A DNA stretch of 64,000 bases from an uncultured Armatimonadetes bacterium (GTDB taxonomy: Bacteria; Armatimonadota; Hebobacteria; Hebobacterales; Hebobacteraceae): the NCBI GenBank assembly GCA_963716175.1, contig OY970296.1:1632001-1696000 (forward strand), given 5' to 3'. A program made the translations under genes and the position numbers. Position 1 is the stretch's first letter, and each line of letters begins with the position of its first letter. The notes beneath the pieces are model-generated. The model saw only the letters and a list, made by a program, of their open reading frames with translations. It did no database searches and was not told where the DNA came from. Positions 8,969-18,934 of this stretch are shown one piece after another.

Positions 8969-9756
8969 AGCAGCATCGCCTGGGCCTGGTCAGCTACCTC
9001 AACACCAGCCCGTTCCGCTATGGCCTGCGCGAGCTGGGCGAGACAGACTGGATGGAGCGGGTGCCGTCTCTGCTGCTTCCCCTGCTCGAGTCCGGAGGGG
9101 TGGAGGCGGCAACTCTGCCGGCCTTCGACGTGCTCAGTCATCCCCATCTACCAGTGCTGCCGGAATCGTGTATCGCCTCCCATGGGGCGGCCTATAGTGT
9201 CAGGCTATTCTCTCGCATCCCGCTGCGGCGAGTGAGCAGTGTGGCGCTGGATTCCAGCTCTCACACCTCGGCCGCGCTGACCCGGATCGTGCTCCACGCG
9301 CAGGGGTGCAGCCCGAGCTATTTCTCGATGTCGCCGGACCTGACCATGATGCTGAATGCGGCCGATGCCGCGCTGCTGATTGGGGATCCGTGCATGCGCG
9401 CCAACACCACCGGCTTGCTGGTGACAGATCTCGGGCAGGAGTGGCTGAACCTGACGGGCCTGCCGTTCGTGTTCTCGGTGTGGGCGGCCCGGCCCGGTGC
9501 GGATCACGGGGGTCTGACGCGACTCATCGCAGAGGCGAAGCGCAAGGGGCTGGCGGCGGTGGAGAGAGTGGCGGAAGAGGAGTGCGAGAGAGTGGCGCTG
9601 GACCGGGCGGTCTGCCTGGTCTATCTGCGGGACCACATGCGCTACGATCTGGACGAGGGCGCTCGCGCCGGGCTGGAGCGTTTCCGCCAGTTGGCAGTGG
9701 AGCAGAAGCTGATCGCCGATGCGGGACCGGTCCGTTTCCTGGAAATCAGCGCTTGA
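8965..9756 (+). CDS. mqnA: Chorismate dehydratase
   Basis: VSYLNT, ALDSSSHTS, LLIGD, DLGQEW...TGLPFVFSVW. Confidence 0.9.
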   Translation: MKQHRLGLVSYLNTSPFRYGLRELGETDWMERVPSLLLPLLESGGVEAATLPAFDVLSHPHLPVLPESCIASHGAAYSVRLFSRIPLRRVSSVALDSSSHTSAALTRIVLHAQGCSPSYFSMSPDLTMMLNAADAALLIGDPCMRANTTGLLVTDLGQEWLNLTGLPFVFSVWAARPGADHGGLTRLIAEAKRKGLAAVERVAEEECERVALDRAVCLVYLRDHMRYDLDEGARAGLERFRQLAVEQKLIADAGPVRFLEISA

Positions 9757-10795
9757 GCGAGCCGTCTGGGGAAAGCGCCTGCTAGCAGAGGAGGCGGTTG
9801 CTCTATTCGGCGCGCCGCTGGCCCTGCTGGGGGCGGCGGCTGATCACGCCTGCCGGCGGCTGCACCCGGAGCCGGTGCGGACCTTCGTGATTGACCGCAA
9901 CATCAACTACTCCAACATCTGCATCTCGGGGTGTCGGTTCTGCGCCTTCTTCCGCCCGCCGCGCCATGCCGAGGGCTACCTGCTCTCCCAGGACCAGATC
10001 CTGGAGAAGGTCGAAGAGGCGGTGGCAGTGGGCGCGACGCAGATACTGATGCAGGGAGGGCTGCATCCCGAACTGCCGCTGGAGTGGTTCGAGGAGACCT
10101 TTCGCGCCATCAAAGCCCGGTTCCCAATCACCATACACTCGCTCTCGGCGCCGGAGGTGGTGCACCTGTCTCGCATTTCAGATCTGACATTCAGGGATAC
10201 TCTGGCGCGGCTGCAGGCGGCGGGGCTGGACTCGCTGCCGGGCGGGGGCGCGGAGATCCTGTGCGATGACATTCGCAGCGCCCTCAGCCCGCGGAAGTGT
10301 ACCGTGGAGGAATGGTGTGGCGTGATGCGGGAGGCGCACGCGCTGGGGATGCGCGCGACGGCGACCATGGTATTCGGGCACATCGAGACCCCGGCGCACC
10401 GGGTGAGGCATCTACTGCGGGTGCGGGAGCTGCAGGACGAGACGGGAGTGTTCACCGCCTTCATCCCATGGACCTTCCAGCCGGCCAACACCGCGCTGGG
10501 AGGGAAGGCGGCCGGCCCACACGATTACCTGCGCACGCTGGCGATCTCGCGACTGGCGCTGGATAACATCGCGAACCTCCAGGCCTCATGGGTGACCCAG
10601 GGGGAGAAGATCGGACAGCTCGCGCTGGCCTTCGGGGCGAACGACCTGGGCAGTACCATGATCGAGGAGAATGTGGTACGGGCGGCGGGGGTGGAGTTCC
10701 GCTTGTCGGCCGATGAGCTGGCGGCGCTGATCCGGGGCGCGGGCTTCACGCCGGCGAGGCGGGATACCCAGTACCGCATCCTGGAGACGGTGTGA
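9719..10795 (+). CDS. mqnC: Cyclic dehypoxanthinyl futalosine synthase (radical SAM)
   Basis: FVIDRNINYSNICISGCRFCAF, TAFIPWTFQ, NLQASWVTQG, GANDLGSTMIEENVV. Confidence 0.92.
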   Translation: MRDRSVSWKSALERAVWGKRLLAEEAVALFGAPLALLGAAADHACRRLHPEPVRTFVIDRNINYSNICISGCRFCAFFRPPRHAEGYLLSQDQILEKVEEAVAVGATQILMQGGLHPELPLEWFEETFRAIKARFPITIHSLSAPEVVHLSRISDLTFRDTLARLQAAGLDSLPGGGAEILCDDIRSALSPRKCTVEEWCGVMREAHALGMRATATMVFGHIETPAHRVRHLLRVRELQDETGVFTAFIPWTFQPANTALGGKAAGPHDYLRTLAISRLALDNIANLQASWVTQGEKIGQLALAFGANDLGSTMIEENVVRAAGVEFRLSADELAALIRGAGFTPARRDTQYRILETV

Positions 10796-10810
10796 GCAGA
10801 AAGACGGAGC

Positions 10811-10836
10811 CGCAGATGAACGCAGATGGACGCAGA
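10811..10836 (+). repeat. Short tandem repeat of CGCAGAT units, 10-nt period
   Basis: cgcagatgaa cgcagatgga cgcaga; related arrays at 19879, 38439 and 56704. Confidence 0.6.
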
Positions 10837-11713
10837 GTGACAGCCCCTGATAGCCTGGCGGTGATTGGGGGCAGCGGGGCGCATGAGCTGCTGCGGGCGG
10901 AGGCGCGGAATGTGATGCGGCTGGGGCCGGTGTCCACGCCCTTCGGCCTCTCGGCCCCGCTTTATCGGGTGCGGCTGCGGGAGGCGCACTTCCTGTTCCT
11001 GCCGCGCCACGGCGAGACGGGGTATGAGATCGCGGCCCCGTGGGTGAACTACCGCGCCAACATCTACGCGCTGAAGGAGCAGGGGATCACTCGCATCATG
11101 GCCTGGTCGGGGCCGGGGGCGATAGCCCGCTCGCTGCGGCCGGGGCAGTATGTGCTGCCCAGCGACCTGATAGACCACACCCAGGGGCGGGAAGGAAGCT
11201 TCTTCAAGGGAACGGGGTTGGGGTTCATCCGGCAGCACCCGACCTTCTGCCCGGAGCTGCGAGAGGTGGCGGCGCGCGCGCTGGACGGGCTGCGGCTGTC
11301 CCACCGCGATTTCGGGACCTATGTCTGCACCCAGGGCCCGCGGCTGGAGACGGCGGCCGAGATCAAGATGTTCCGGGCCTGGGGCGCGGACATGGTGGGC
11401 ATGACCCTGGCGCCTGAGGCCTTTCTGGCGCGGGAGCTGGAGTTGTGCTATCTGCCGGTATGCTACATCACGAACTACGCGGGAAGGGGTGCGGGAGCTG
11501 CCGAGCAAGCCGGGAGAGCTGTTCGAGGGGTTGCTGGAGCAGGCGGAGGGAGAGGCGGCGGCGGAGGCGGCCTCGCGCTTCTTCGAGATCGGGGCGGCGC
11601 TCTTCCGCCTGCTTCCGAGGGAACGGCTTTGCCCATGTGCACTGGCGATGGAGCGCTTCCGAAAAGCCGGACGGGCGGGAGAAGATTGGCACACTTGGAT
11701 TGGGAAGGCGTGA
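10837..11713 (+). CDS. MTAP/MTIP-family purine nucleoside phosphorylase, with a frameshift at about 11481 (likely sequencing indel)
   Basis: AVIGGSG, FLPRHG, VNYRANIYALK, QGPRLETAAEI, DMVGMT, CYITNYA. The C-terminus continues in ORF 11489..11713 (VRELPSKPGELFEG...CPCALAM). Confidence 0.8.
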
Positions 11714-12873
11714 GCGGAGAACCGCCGGCGGGCATGCCCTTCGACTCCGCCCAGGGTAGACTCCGACATGCCCGCCCTACAGGGGAGGACTGGGATTTCG
11801 CGGACCTGGGGATGAAGGAGACTCAGGCCTCGGTGCATTTCTTCCACCACTGGACGGCGAAGTTCATCCCGCAGATTCCGCGGCGCATCATTGAGATGTA
11901 TGGCCGGCCGGGAGATGTGGTGCTCGACCTGTTCATGGGGAGCGGAACCACGCTGGTGGAGGCGGCGCGGCTGGGCCATGATAGCTGGGGCACGGACATC
12001 AACCCGCTGGCGGTGAAGATCGCGCAGGCGAAGACCGCGCGAGTGAACGAGTCAAGGCTGGACGATCTCATCGCGTGGTTGAGTGAAGCAGCCAGGAACC
12101 CCGAGCGTCACCGGGCGCGATCGGCTCATCTGTTCGAGGACAGCGAGAGGTGGTTCCGCGAGGATGTGGCTCGTGCCATCCGCGCCATCGTGAACCGGGG
12201 CCGAGCTCTGGACGAGGCGACGCGCAATTTCGTCGAGGTGGGGCTATCGGATCTGCTCAAGGGGATGAGCAACGCGCGGATGGACCGCACCATCCCCACG
12301 CTGCCGGACAAGCAGCAGTATGAGGACAAGAAACACTACTGGCGGATGGTGGACAATCGCACGCGGGAGATCAACCCGTTCGCGCGGCTGGCGGCGCAGT
12401 TGCGGCGGATGCAGGGAGCGCTGGCGGCGTTTCAGGCCCAGGCGGGCGGCCGGGCGGAGCCGCTGCTGCACGATGCCCGCCAGCTCGCCTCTCTGGGCCG
12501 GCGGGCGCAGCTTGCGGTCACTTCACCGCCCTACTGGAACGCGCAGAACTATCAGCAGTTGCACCTGCTGTCGTTCCGTTTGCTTGGATTGCCAGAGCCG
12601 GGGCGGGCCGAGATTGGTCGGCGGGCGCAAGATTACCTGGCAGACATGGAGGCGGTGATCGCGCAGCTCGCGCAGGTGCTCGACGGGCATTTCGCGTTGG
12701 TGATCGGGGAATCGAAAGAGGGGATTCACGAGGCGGTGCGCGACCAGTGCCTGGCGCATGGGATGCGGCTGGTGGACACGTTCACGCGGCGGCTGGTCAA
12801 CCAGGCCTTCTTTGCCAAGGCGGTGAAGCGGGAGTTCGTGTACGTGTTCTGTGGGAGGAGAGCGGCACGTTGA
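11710..12873 (+). CDS. Site-specific DNA methyltransferase (amino-MTase, SPPY type)
   Basis: GTG overlaps the upstream TGA; HHWTAKFIPQIP, VLDLFMGSGTT (motif I), TSPPY (motif IV). Confidence 0.8.
   Translation: MSGEPPAGMPFDSAQGRLRHARPTGEDWDFADLGMKETQASVHFFHHWTAKFIPQIPRRIIEMYGRPGDVVLDLFMGSGTTLVEAARLGHDSWGTDINPLAVKIAQAKTARVNESRLDDLIAWLSEAARNPERHRARSAHLFEDSERWFREDVARAIRAIVNRGRALDEATRNFVEVGLSDLLKGMSNARMDRTIPTLPDKQQYEDKKHYWRMVDNRTREINPFARLAAQLRRMQGALAAFQAQAGGRAEPLLHDARQLASLGRRAQLAVTSPPYWNAQNYQQLHLLSFRLLGLPEPGRAEIGRRAQDYLADMEAVIAQLAQVLDGHFALVIGESKEGIHEAVRDQCLAHGMRLVDTFTRRLVNQAFFAKAVKREFVYVFCGRRAAR
11726..11781. repeat. GTAG-type REP with nested palindrome, inside the predicted MTase ORF
   Basis: cggcgggcatg-cccttcgactccgcccagggtagactccga-catgcccgccctaca. 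Confidence 0.7.
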
Positions 12874-12879
12874 GTGGAC

Positions 12880-12920
12880 TCGAAGGGCGAGGCACATCCT
12901 CCCCCTTCGATTCTTCCCCC
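12880..12920. repeat. 41-bp hairpin repeat (second copy at 20794-20834)
   Basis: tcgaagggcgaggcacatcctcccccttcgattcttccccc; two mismatches to the second copy. Confidence 0.75.
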
Positions 12921-12947
12921 GCCTAACAGGGGCCGCAGGTGCACGGG

Positions 12948-14915
12948 CTAGCTCGAAAGCTGGAAGGCGCGGGAGACGTAGATCGCCATCTGGTCCCGGG
13001 TGACGGTGTCACTGGGATGATACAGGCCATCCAGGTAGCCCTTCACCACCCCATGGTCCACACAGGCCTTGATGGCAGTGCCGGCCCAGAAGCCGGTGAG
13101 GACATCGGGGAAGACCTGTGGCGCAGTGGTCATGTCATCCCCCAGAGTCACCCACCCCTGGGAGCGGGCCACGAACACCGCCATCTGGCCCCGGTCCACC
13201 ACGGCGTCTGGCTGATAGCTGCCATCCGCGTAGCCGGTGACCACGTTCGCCCCTTTCGCGTATTCGATGTACTTGAAGGCCCAGTGCTCGGCGCCAACAT
13301 CGCTGAAGCTGGGCGTCCCGGTGAAGGCCGGCACTTTGTCATCCCCGCCGGCCATCGCGCGGGCGATGTAGACCGCCATTTGATCGCGGGTGACGGGGTT
13401 GGCCGGCTGATAGGTGCCGCCAGGATAGCCAGCGACGATGCCGGCAGCGACACAGGCGTCAATGGCCGCATAGGCCCAGAACGGATCAACGCCATGCGGC
13501 CCGTAACCGCCCGGTGTGACATCGGAGAAGCTGTGCGGGACGAACCCACCCAGCCCGAAGGCCGACAACGAGGTGGTGCTCCCGTAGATCACGTTGCTGT
13601 CTGGGTCCCGCGAGGTCGTGACGTCCTCCCAGTAGCCCGCGGTGTTGTAGTGGAGCATGGCCAGCTGGCTCTCGGCCACGCCGGCCGGGAGATCCCCGTC
13701 CTGATAGGTCATCTGGACCTCGATCGGCCCGGCCGCCTCCGCAGTGCTGTGGATCTGGTAGAACTGCTCCGCCGCCTGATAGCCGTCTGGCAGTTGCGGC
13801 TGATCTTGATCGAGCACGATGGTGGTAAGGCCCGGCGTGGACACCTGGTCGAAGGTGACGGTGGTGTTGTCTACGGTCACCGTCGGGCGATCGGGGTAGG
13901 TGTTGTCCCCGTGCCAACTGAACCCGGAATCGGACCAGGCGTTGGTGGTGATCTGAGTGGCCAGGCCGCTGGCGAAGCTGTACATCCAGACCTCGCGCTG
14001 GAGGTCGTAGTGGGGGCCCTGCACGTCGAGCGGCATCGCCGCGCTGAAGACAACGAGGTCGGCGGTAGGCGCCCATTGCGGCTCCACCGGCCCGATGTTG
14101 CACAGCATGCCGTCAATGTGAAAGTCATCCGGCGTGAACCCGATGTTGGTCAGATGCGCAACCACGTCCGCATCCGAGATGAAGCGCTCGACCAGCACCT
14201 GGGGATTGCTGCCGTCCAGGTTGGTCAGCAGCAGGCGCCGGTACGTTCCCTGCGCGGTATCGCTGTGTTCCGAGACCGAGGAAACGATCTTCGAGCCATC
14301 AGGTGAAAGCGCAGGGGACCCGCCGACATTGGGCAGAACCTGCACGTTGGTGCCATCGGTGTTGATGAGAATGATCCCAAGGGACGACTCGCACATCAGC
14401 CGGCCGCCGTTGGACATCCACACCGGATAGGCCGTCGTGCCGAAGTCCGGCGTGGTCACGGGATGCGCGCCGGTGCCGTCGGCGTTCATGATCCAGAGAT
14501 GGAAGCCGGCGTCGCACGGGATCTGATCGGTCTGCGGCTCGGCGTGCTGGAAGGCGATCTGGCTGCCGTCTGGCGACCATCGGGCGAAGCAGTTGACGCC
14601 CGCGAGCCCGGCAGGCTGGGTCAGGTTCACCTGGTTCGAGCCGTCTATGTTCGCGGTCCAGATGTGGACACCCGTGTCGCTGTCGCCCATGATGTACGCC
14701 ACCTCGGTGCCGCTCGGCGAGATATCGCCGTTGTAGAACAACCCCGGAGGCGCGGGAGTGACGTTGTCGGTGTCGCCTTCCATGAAATAGACAGTCGTCT
14801 GCGTGAAATCCTGCCCGATCACCATCAGCTTTCCGGGGATCGGCATGGCGAGAGAGGCAGCCGGCGCGCACACGACTAGCAGGAATGCAGGCAGGCAGAG
14901 CGCAGCAGCACGCAT
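12948..14915 (-). CDS. Secreted PD40/TolB-like beta-propeller protein with three C-terminal SLH domains
   Basis: Signal peptide MRAAALCLPAFLLVVCAPAASLA; WSPDGSQIAF and LSPDGSKIV repeats; F.DV..YW..GY.DG.Y.P...TRDQMA three times. Confidence 0.85.
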   Translation of the reverse strand: MRAAALCLPAFLLVVCAPAASLAMPIPGKLMVIGQDFTQTTVYFMEGDTDNVTPAPPGLFYNGDISPSGTEVAYIMGDSDTGVHIWTANIDGSNQVNLTQPAGLAGVNCFARWSPDGSQIAFQHAEPQTDQIPCDAGFHLWIMNADGTGAHPVTTPDFGTTAYPVWMSNGGRLMCESSLGIILINTDGTNVQVLPNVGGSPALSPDGSKIVSSVSEHSDTAQGTYRRLLLTNLDGSNPQVLVERFISDADVVAHLTNIGFTPDDFHIDGMLCNIGPVEPQWAPTADLVVFSAAMPLDVQGPHYDLQREVWMYSFASGLATQITTNAWSDSGFSWHGDNTYPDRPTVTVDNTTVTFDQVSTPGLTTIVLDQDQPQLPDGYQAAEQFYQIHSTAEAAGPIEVQMTYQDGDLPAGVAESQLAMLHYNTAGYWEDVTTSRDPDSNVIYGSTTSLSAFGLGGFVPHSFSDVTPGGYGPHGVDPFWAYAAIDACVAAGIVAGYPGGTYQPANPVTRDQMAVYIARAMAGGDDKVPAFTGTPSFSDVGAEHWAFKYIEYAKGANVVTGYADGSYQPDAVVDRGQMAVFVARSQGWVTLGDDMTTAPQVFPDVLTGFWAGTAIKACVDHGVVKGYLDGLYHPSDTVTRDQMAIYVSRAFQLSS

Positions 14916-15016
14916 ATCGCACCCCCTGTGAGGCCGACCCGCCGTCCCATGGCCGTTCACAGAAGTGGTAGCGAGCAGCACTGGCGATAGGCTTCGACGC
15001 GGTGCAGGAGGCTCCT

Positions 15017-15120
15017 CTACTGAGTTTCGCCTAACGGAGTAACGGCGAAACTCAGACAGACCAGCTCTCAGAGCAGCAGGACGGCTTCGGCATGCTACTT
15101 CTATCTGCGAAGCTCATTAG
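15017..15120 (+). mobile_element. 104-bp twin-hairpin MITE-like element, copy C
   Basis: ctactgagtttcgcc...ggcgaaactcag ... tgcgaagctcattag; same length and ends as copies A and B. Confidence 0.65.
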
Positions 15121-15283
15121 GTTGAGCCGACTCCCACGAGCCACGTGTGACCAGCGAACGTAGCCGGCCAGCAGCGTGGCGTCGGGTGGATGAGGGAAGC
15201 ACACTCCACTCACCGCAGGCTGGCGGCGGTGGCACGTCGAAGCTATAGGGGGCGAGGCGAGTGCGCCGAACCGGGGAGAGCAA

Positions 15284-17772
15284 GTGAGCACTTTGCGGGT
15301 CCCACTGCGGTGGGCGATGGGAAGGCGAGTAGACAGGCTGCTGGCCGGAGTCGTCGTCTGGCTGTTGGTGGCCGGCGTGGCGGTGCCGGCGAGCGGGCAG
15401 ACTAGGGCCCCCAATGCCCTGGTGCTGCTGAGCTGCCAGGAGGAGGCGGGGATGCGCCAGGTGGTGGCCCGGATCGAGGCCGCCGGGGGCGAGGTGGACC
15501 ACCTGTTTCCGCCGCACGCGCTGATCGGTAGAGTGCCCGAAGCAGCGGCACGGGTGCTGGCAGGCGATCGCCGGGTTGACCGCATCTGCTACCGCCAGGT
15601 CGAGGCGGCGTTGGTTCCGCCCGCCTATGGCAGGGCGGCGCGGGATGCGGCCCGGGCCTGGAACGAGGTGTTTGCCAGTCCGCAGCCGGCGCCGGCTCCA
15701 CTGGCCCCGGGCAAGCCTCTAGTGGGTGATGCCCTCCCTCAGCCGCAGCCACCGGCCGGGCTCTCTCTCCAGGCGATGGGGGCGAACGCGCCGCCGGGAG
15801 CCAGTCGCTGGCAGACCAGCGAGTACCTGATGGGCAAGGTGGCAGTCTCGGTGATCCTGCCGGAGAGCACGGGCGCGATTGACCCAAGCACCGAGGATTG
15901 GGGCGCCGACCGGCAGTCGCTGGTGGTATCCGAGATCGTGGCTGGGATGAACTGGTGGATCTCGGTATACCCCTATTCGGTGGCGCGGCCTTCGTTCACC
16001 TATGTCTACCATTACGGGGTGCCAACAGGCTATGAGCCGATCATGCATCCCCAGGAGGAGCAGGGGCTGTGGATGTCCGAGGTGATGACGGAGCTGGGGC
16101 ACTCCTGCACCGCGCACGACTACTTGTCGGCGATCAACGAGTACGACAACGCGCTGAGGGAGAGCCAGCAGACGGACTGGGCCTTCACCATCTTCGTGGT
16201 GGACAGCGCCAATCGGACCACGGGCGAATTCCCGGATGGTGGTTTCGCCTACGGCTATGTGGGCGGGCCCTGCCTGGTGATGACCTATGGCAACGATAAC
16301 TGGGGGATTGGCCGCATGGACCGCGTGGTGGCCCATGAGACAGGGCACATATTCAGGGCCGGGGATGAGTACTGCGAGAGCAGCAGTAACTGCTGCGATC
16401 CGAAGGAGTACTGCGGCTATCTCAAGGTGGCTAACTCCAACTGCGACAGCGGCGTGCACTGCGTGATGGCGGATGTCGCCTGGAACGCGGTCTGCTCGGT
16501 GACCCGACAGCAGCTCGGCTGGCGGGACTCGGACGGAGACGGCTGCCCCGATATCCTGGAGGTGGCCCCCGCGGCTTCGATGAACACGTACAGCCCCGAC
16601 CCCACGGGGGACGCCACCCCTGCTTTCAGTGGTACTGCGTGGGTGAACTCTTACCCGAACCAGCTCTACCCGGGGAGCGACGTGACGATCAACCGCGTCG
16701 CCGGGGTGCAGTACCGGGTGGATGGCGGGGGATGGCGGGAGGCAGCAGCGGCAGACGGGGGCTTTGATGAGGGGACGGAAAGCTTCACCCTCACCACCCC
16801 CGTGATCCCTACCGGCACGCACACGGTGGAGGTGCGAGGGGTAGACAGCAGTGGCAACGTGGGCGCGCCGCCCTATGCCAGCGATACGGTCACCATCGTG
16901 AGAGCGCATCAGGTGCTGGTGAGCGCGGCGGCAGCCCTGACCCCGATCTACTCGCAGGCGGTGACACCACTGACCGCGGCGGCGACCGACGAGCTGGGGG
17001 ACGACATCATCTCCTGGCTCTGGAGTGATGGCGGCGCGGGAGGGAGCTTCTCGCCCAGCGGGGCGGTGCAGAACCCCAGCTACACGGCGCCGGTGAGGCT
17101 GGGGTCAGGGGATTTTACGATAAGGCTCACGGCCACCGCGACCTGCAATGGCGTGCCGCCGGCGCAGGGCGAGGGGATCGTGCAGTTGGTGGTGCACGAC
17201 TTCACGGATATCCCTCATGACCAGTGGGCGGCGGATGCGATCTACGCCTGCTATCGCGCCGGGATGGTTTCCGGCTATCCGGACGGCAGCTATCAGCCAG
17301 ACGAAGCCGTGACCCGGGATCAGATGGCGGTGTACCTGGCGCGGGCAGTGGCCGGGGGGAGGACAAGATTCCCGATGGCCCCGCGGTGCCGAGCTTCCCG
17401 GACGTGGAGAGCGACTACTGGGCGTATAAGTATATCGAGTACGCGAAGGGGCAGAATGTGGTGGCCGGCTACCCGGATGGCAGCTACCAGCCTACGGTGG
17501 AACTCGACCGGGGTCAGATGGCGGTGTTCATCGCCAGGGCCATCGCCACCCCCAGCGATCGGCCGAACCTAACCAGCTACACGCCGCCAACCACTGCCAC
17601 GTTCCCAGATGTGCCGACGAGCTTCTGGTCGTTCCAGTTCGTCGAGTACATCGCCGACCCGGCGCGGGGCGTGACCGAAGGCTACCTGGACGGCAAGTAC
17701 CACCCCGAGTACGTCTGCACCCGGGACCAGATGGCGGTGTATCTGGCGCGGGCCTTCAAGCTGCCGAGGTGA
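15284..17772 (+). CDS. Secreted zinc metalloprotease-like protein with Ig-like and SLH domains, frameshifted at a G6 run (17354-17359)
   Basis: HETGHIFRAGDEY zinc motif. The SLH repeats are split between ORFs 15284..17572 and 17224..17772; one extra G restores AGGEDKIP. Confidence 0.8.
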
Positions 17773-17860
17773 GGTAGGAGGGCGTCGCGACAGGAGTGTC
17801 GCTCCTGTGGACCTACTCGCGGTTCGGGCTAGATGTGCCGTGGCGGGAACAGATGCGCCC

Positions 17861-17912
17861 CGGGTGAGATGGCAGTCTATCTGGCGCGGCGTTCAGGCTG
17901 GCCGGGTGAGGT
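17861..17912 (+). pseudogene. Degenerate remnant of an SLH-gene 3' end
   Basis: gagatggcagtctatctggcgcggcgttcaggctg...gtgaggt resembles cagatggcggtgtatctggcgcgggccttcaagctg...gtgaggt at 17728-17775. Confidence 0.5.
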
Positions 17913-17993
17913 GCGACTGCCTCGCGACAGGAACGTCGCGCCTACCGCGGCAGGCAGAGGCCGGGTGCAGGGCAGTTCAGTGGGAGGTGAGGG

Positions 17994-18830
17994 ATGCAGA
18001 AGATCGGCTTGATCGGGGTGGGGAATATCGGGAGCCGGTTTGCGCAGATCTTGTGCCAAGCTGGGCATACGGTAGTGGTATTCGATGCTGACTCGAAGAA
18101 GATGGTGGCGACGGCAAGCCTGGGCGCGCGTCTGGCCACTAACCCGGCCGAGGTGGCGGCGAGGTCGGACGTGATCCTCCTGTGCCTTCCGGATAGCCGC
18201 GCGGTGGAGCACGTGATGGAGGGTTCGGAGGGGCTGCTAGCTGCTCTCAAGCCGGCGCAACTAGTAGTGGACACCGGGACCACTCATCCGGAGACCGATA
18301 TCCGCTATGCGCGGCGGTGCGAGGAGAAGGGCGCGGGCCTGATCGACGCTCCCATCACGGGCCGGAGCCAGGGCTTCATCTTCATGGTCGGCGGGACGCC
18401 CGAGAACTTCGCCAGGGCGCGGGAAGTGCTGGAGCGGCTGGGCTATAAGGTGAAACACATCGGGCCCGTCGGCCGGGGACAGATGCTGAAGCTGATGAAC
18501 CAGATGGTGCTGGCCGGCCAGTGGGCGGTGTGGGCGGAGGCGATGGCCTGGGGTGAGAAGGCCGGGGTGGAGCCGCGGCTGCTGCGGGACTATCTGGAGT
18601 TCCCGGTGGACGAAGGGCTGTATGGAGATGATTTCACAGGCGGGGGCACGCTGGCGCTGCACTACAAGGACCTGGGATATGCGCTCGATCTGGCGCACAA
18701 GAACGGGGCGGTGGTTCCGGTGACTAATGTCGTGCATGAGGCGTTCAAGGCGGTGAAGGCCTGGGGCGATCCGAGCTGGACGCAGGCCGGGATTGTCACT
18801 TACTGGCGTCGGCTGGGCGGGTGGAAGTAG
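17994..18830 (+). CDS. NAD(P)-dependent oxidoreductase (beta-hydroxyacid dehydrogenase family)
   Basis: KIGLIGVGNIG, DAPITG, FMVGG, GQMLKLMNQ, LHYKDL. Confidence 0.88.
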   Translation: MQKIGLIGVGNIGSRFAQILCQAGHTVVVFDADSKKMVATASLGARLATNPAEVAARSDVILLCLPDSRAVEHVMEGSEGLLAALKPAQLVVDTGTTHPETDIRYARRCEEKGAGLIDAPITGRSQGFIFMVGGTPENFARAREVLERLGYKVKHIGPVGRGQMLKLMNQMVLAGQWAVWAEAMAWGEKAGVEPRLLRDYLEFPVDEGLYGDDFTGGGTLALHYKDLGYALDLAHKNGAVVPVTNVVHEAFKAVKAWGDPSWTQAGIVTYWRRLGGWK

Positions 18831-18934
18831 CTGACGGCCAGCAGCGGGAGGGTGGCCGTTCCGCTCCAGACCAGGGCCCGCGGTGCTATCCGTAGATGGC
18901 GCAGACTGATGAAGATAACAGGCGAGGAGAGAGG

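Noticed and set aside
10792-12873. 693-aa MTAP-DNA methyltransferase fusion in the ORF track
   Set aside because: An extra G near 11481 explains it. The true phosphorylase C-terminus is in another frame and ends at a TGA overlapping the MTase GTG.
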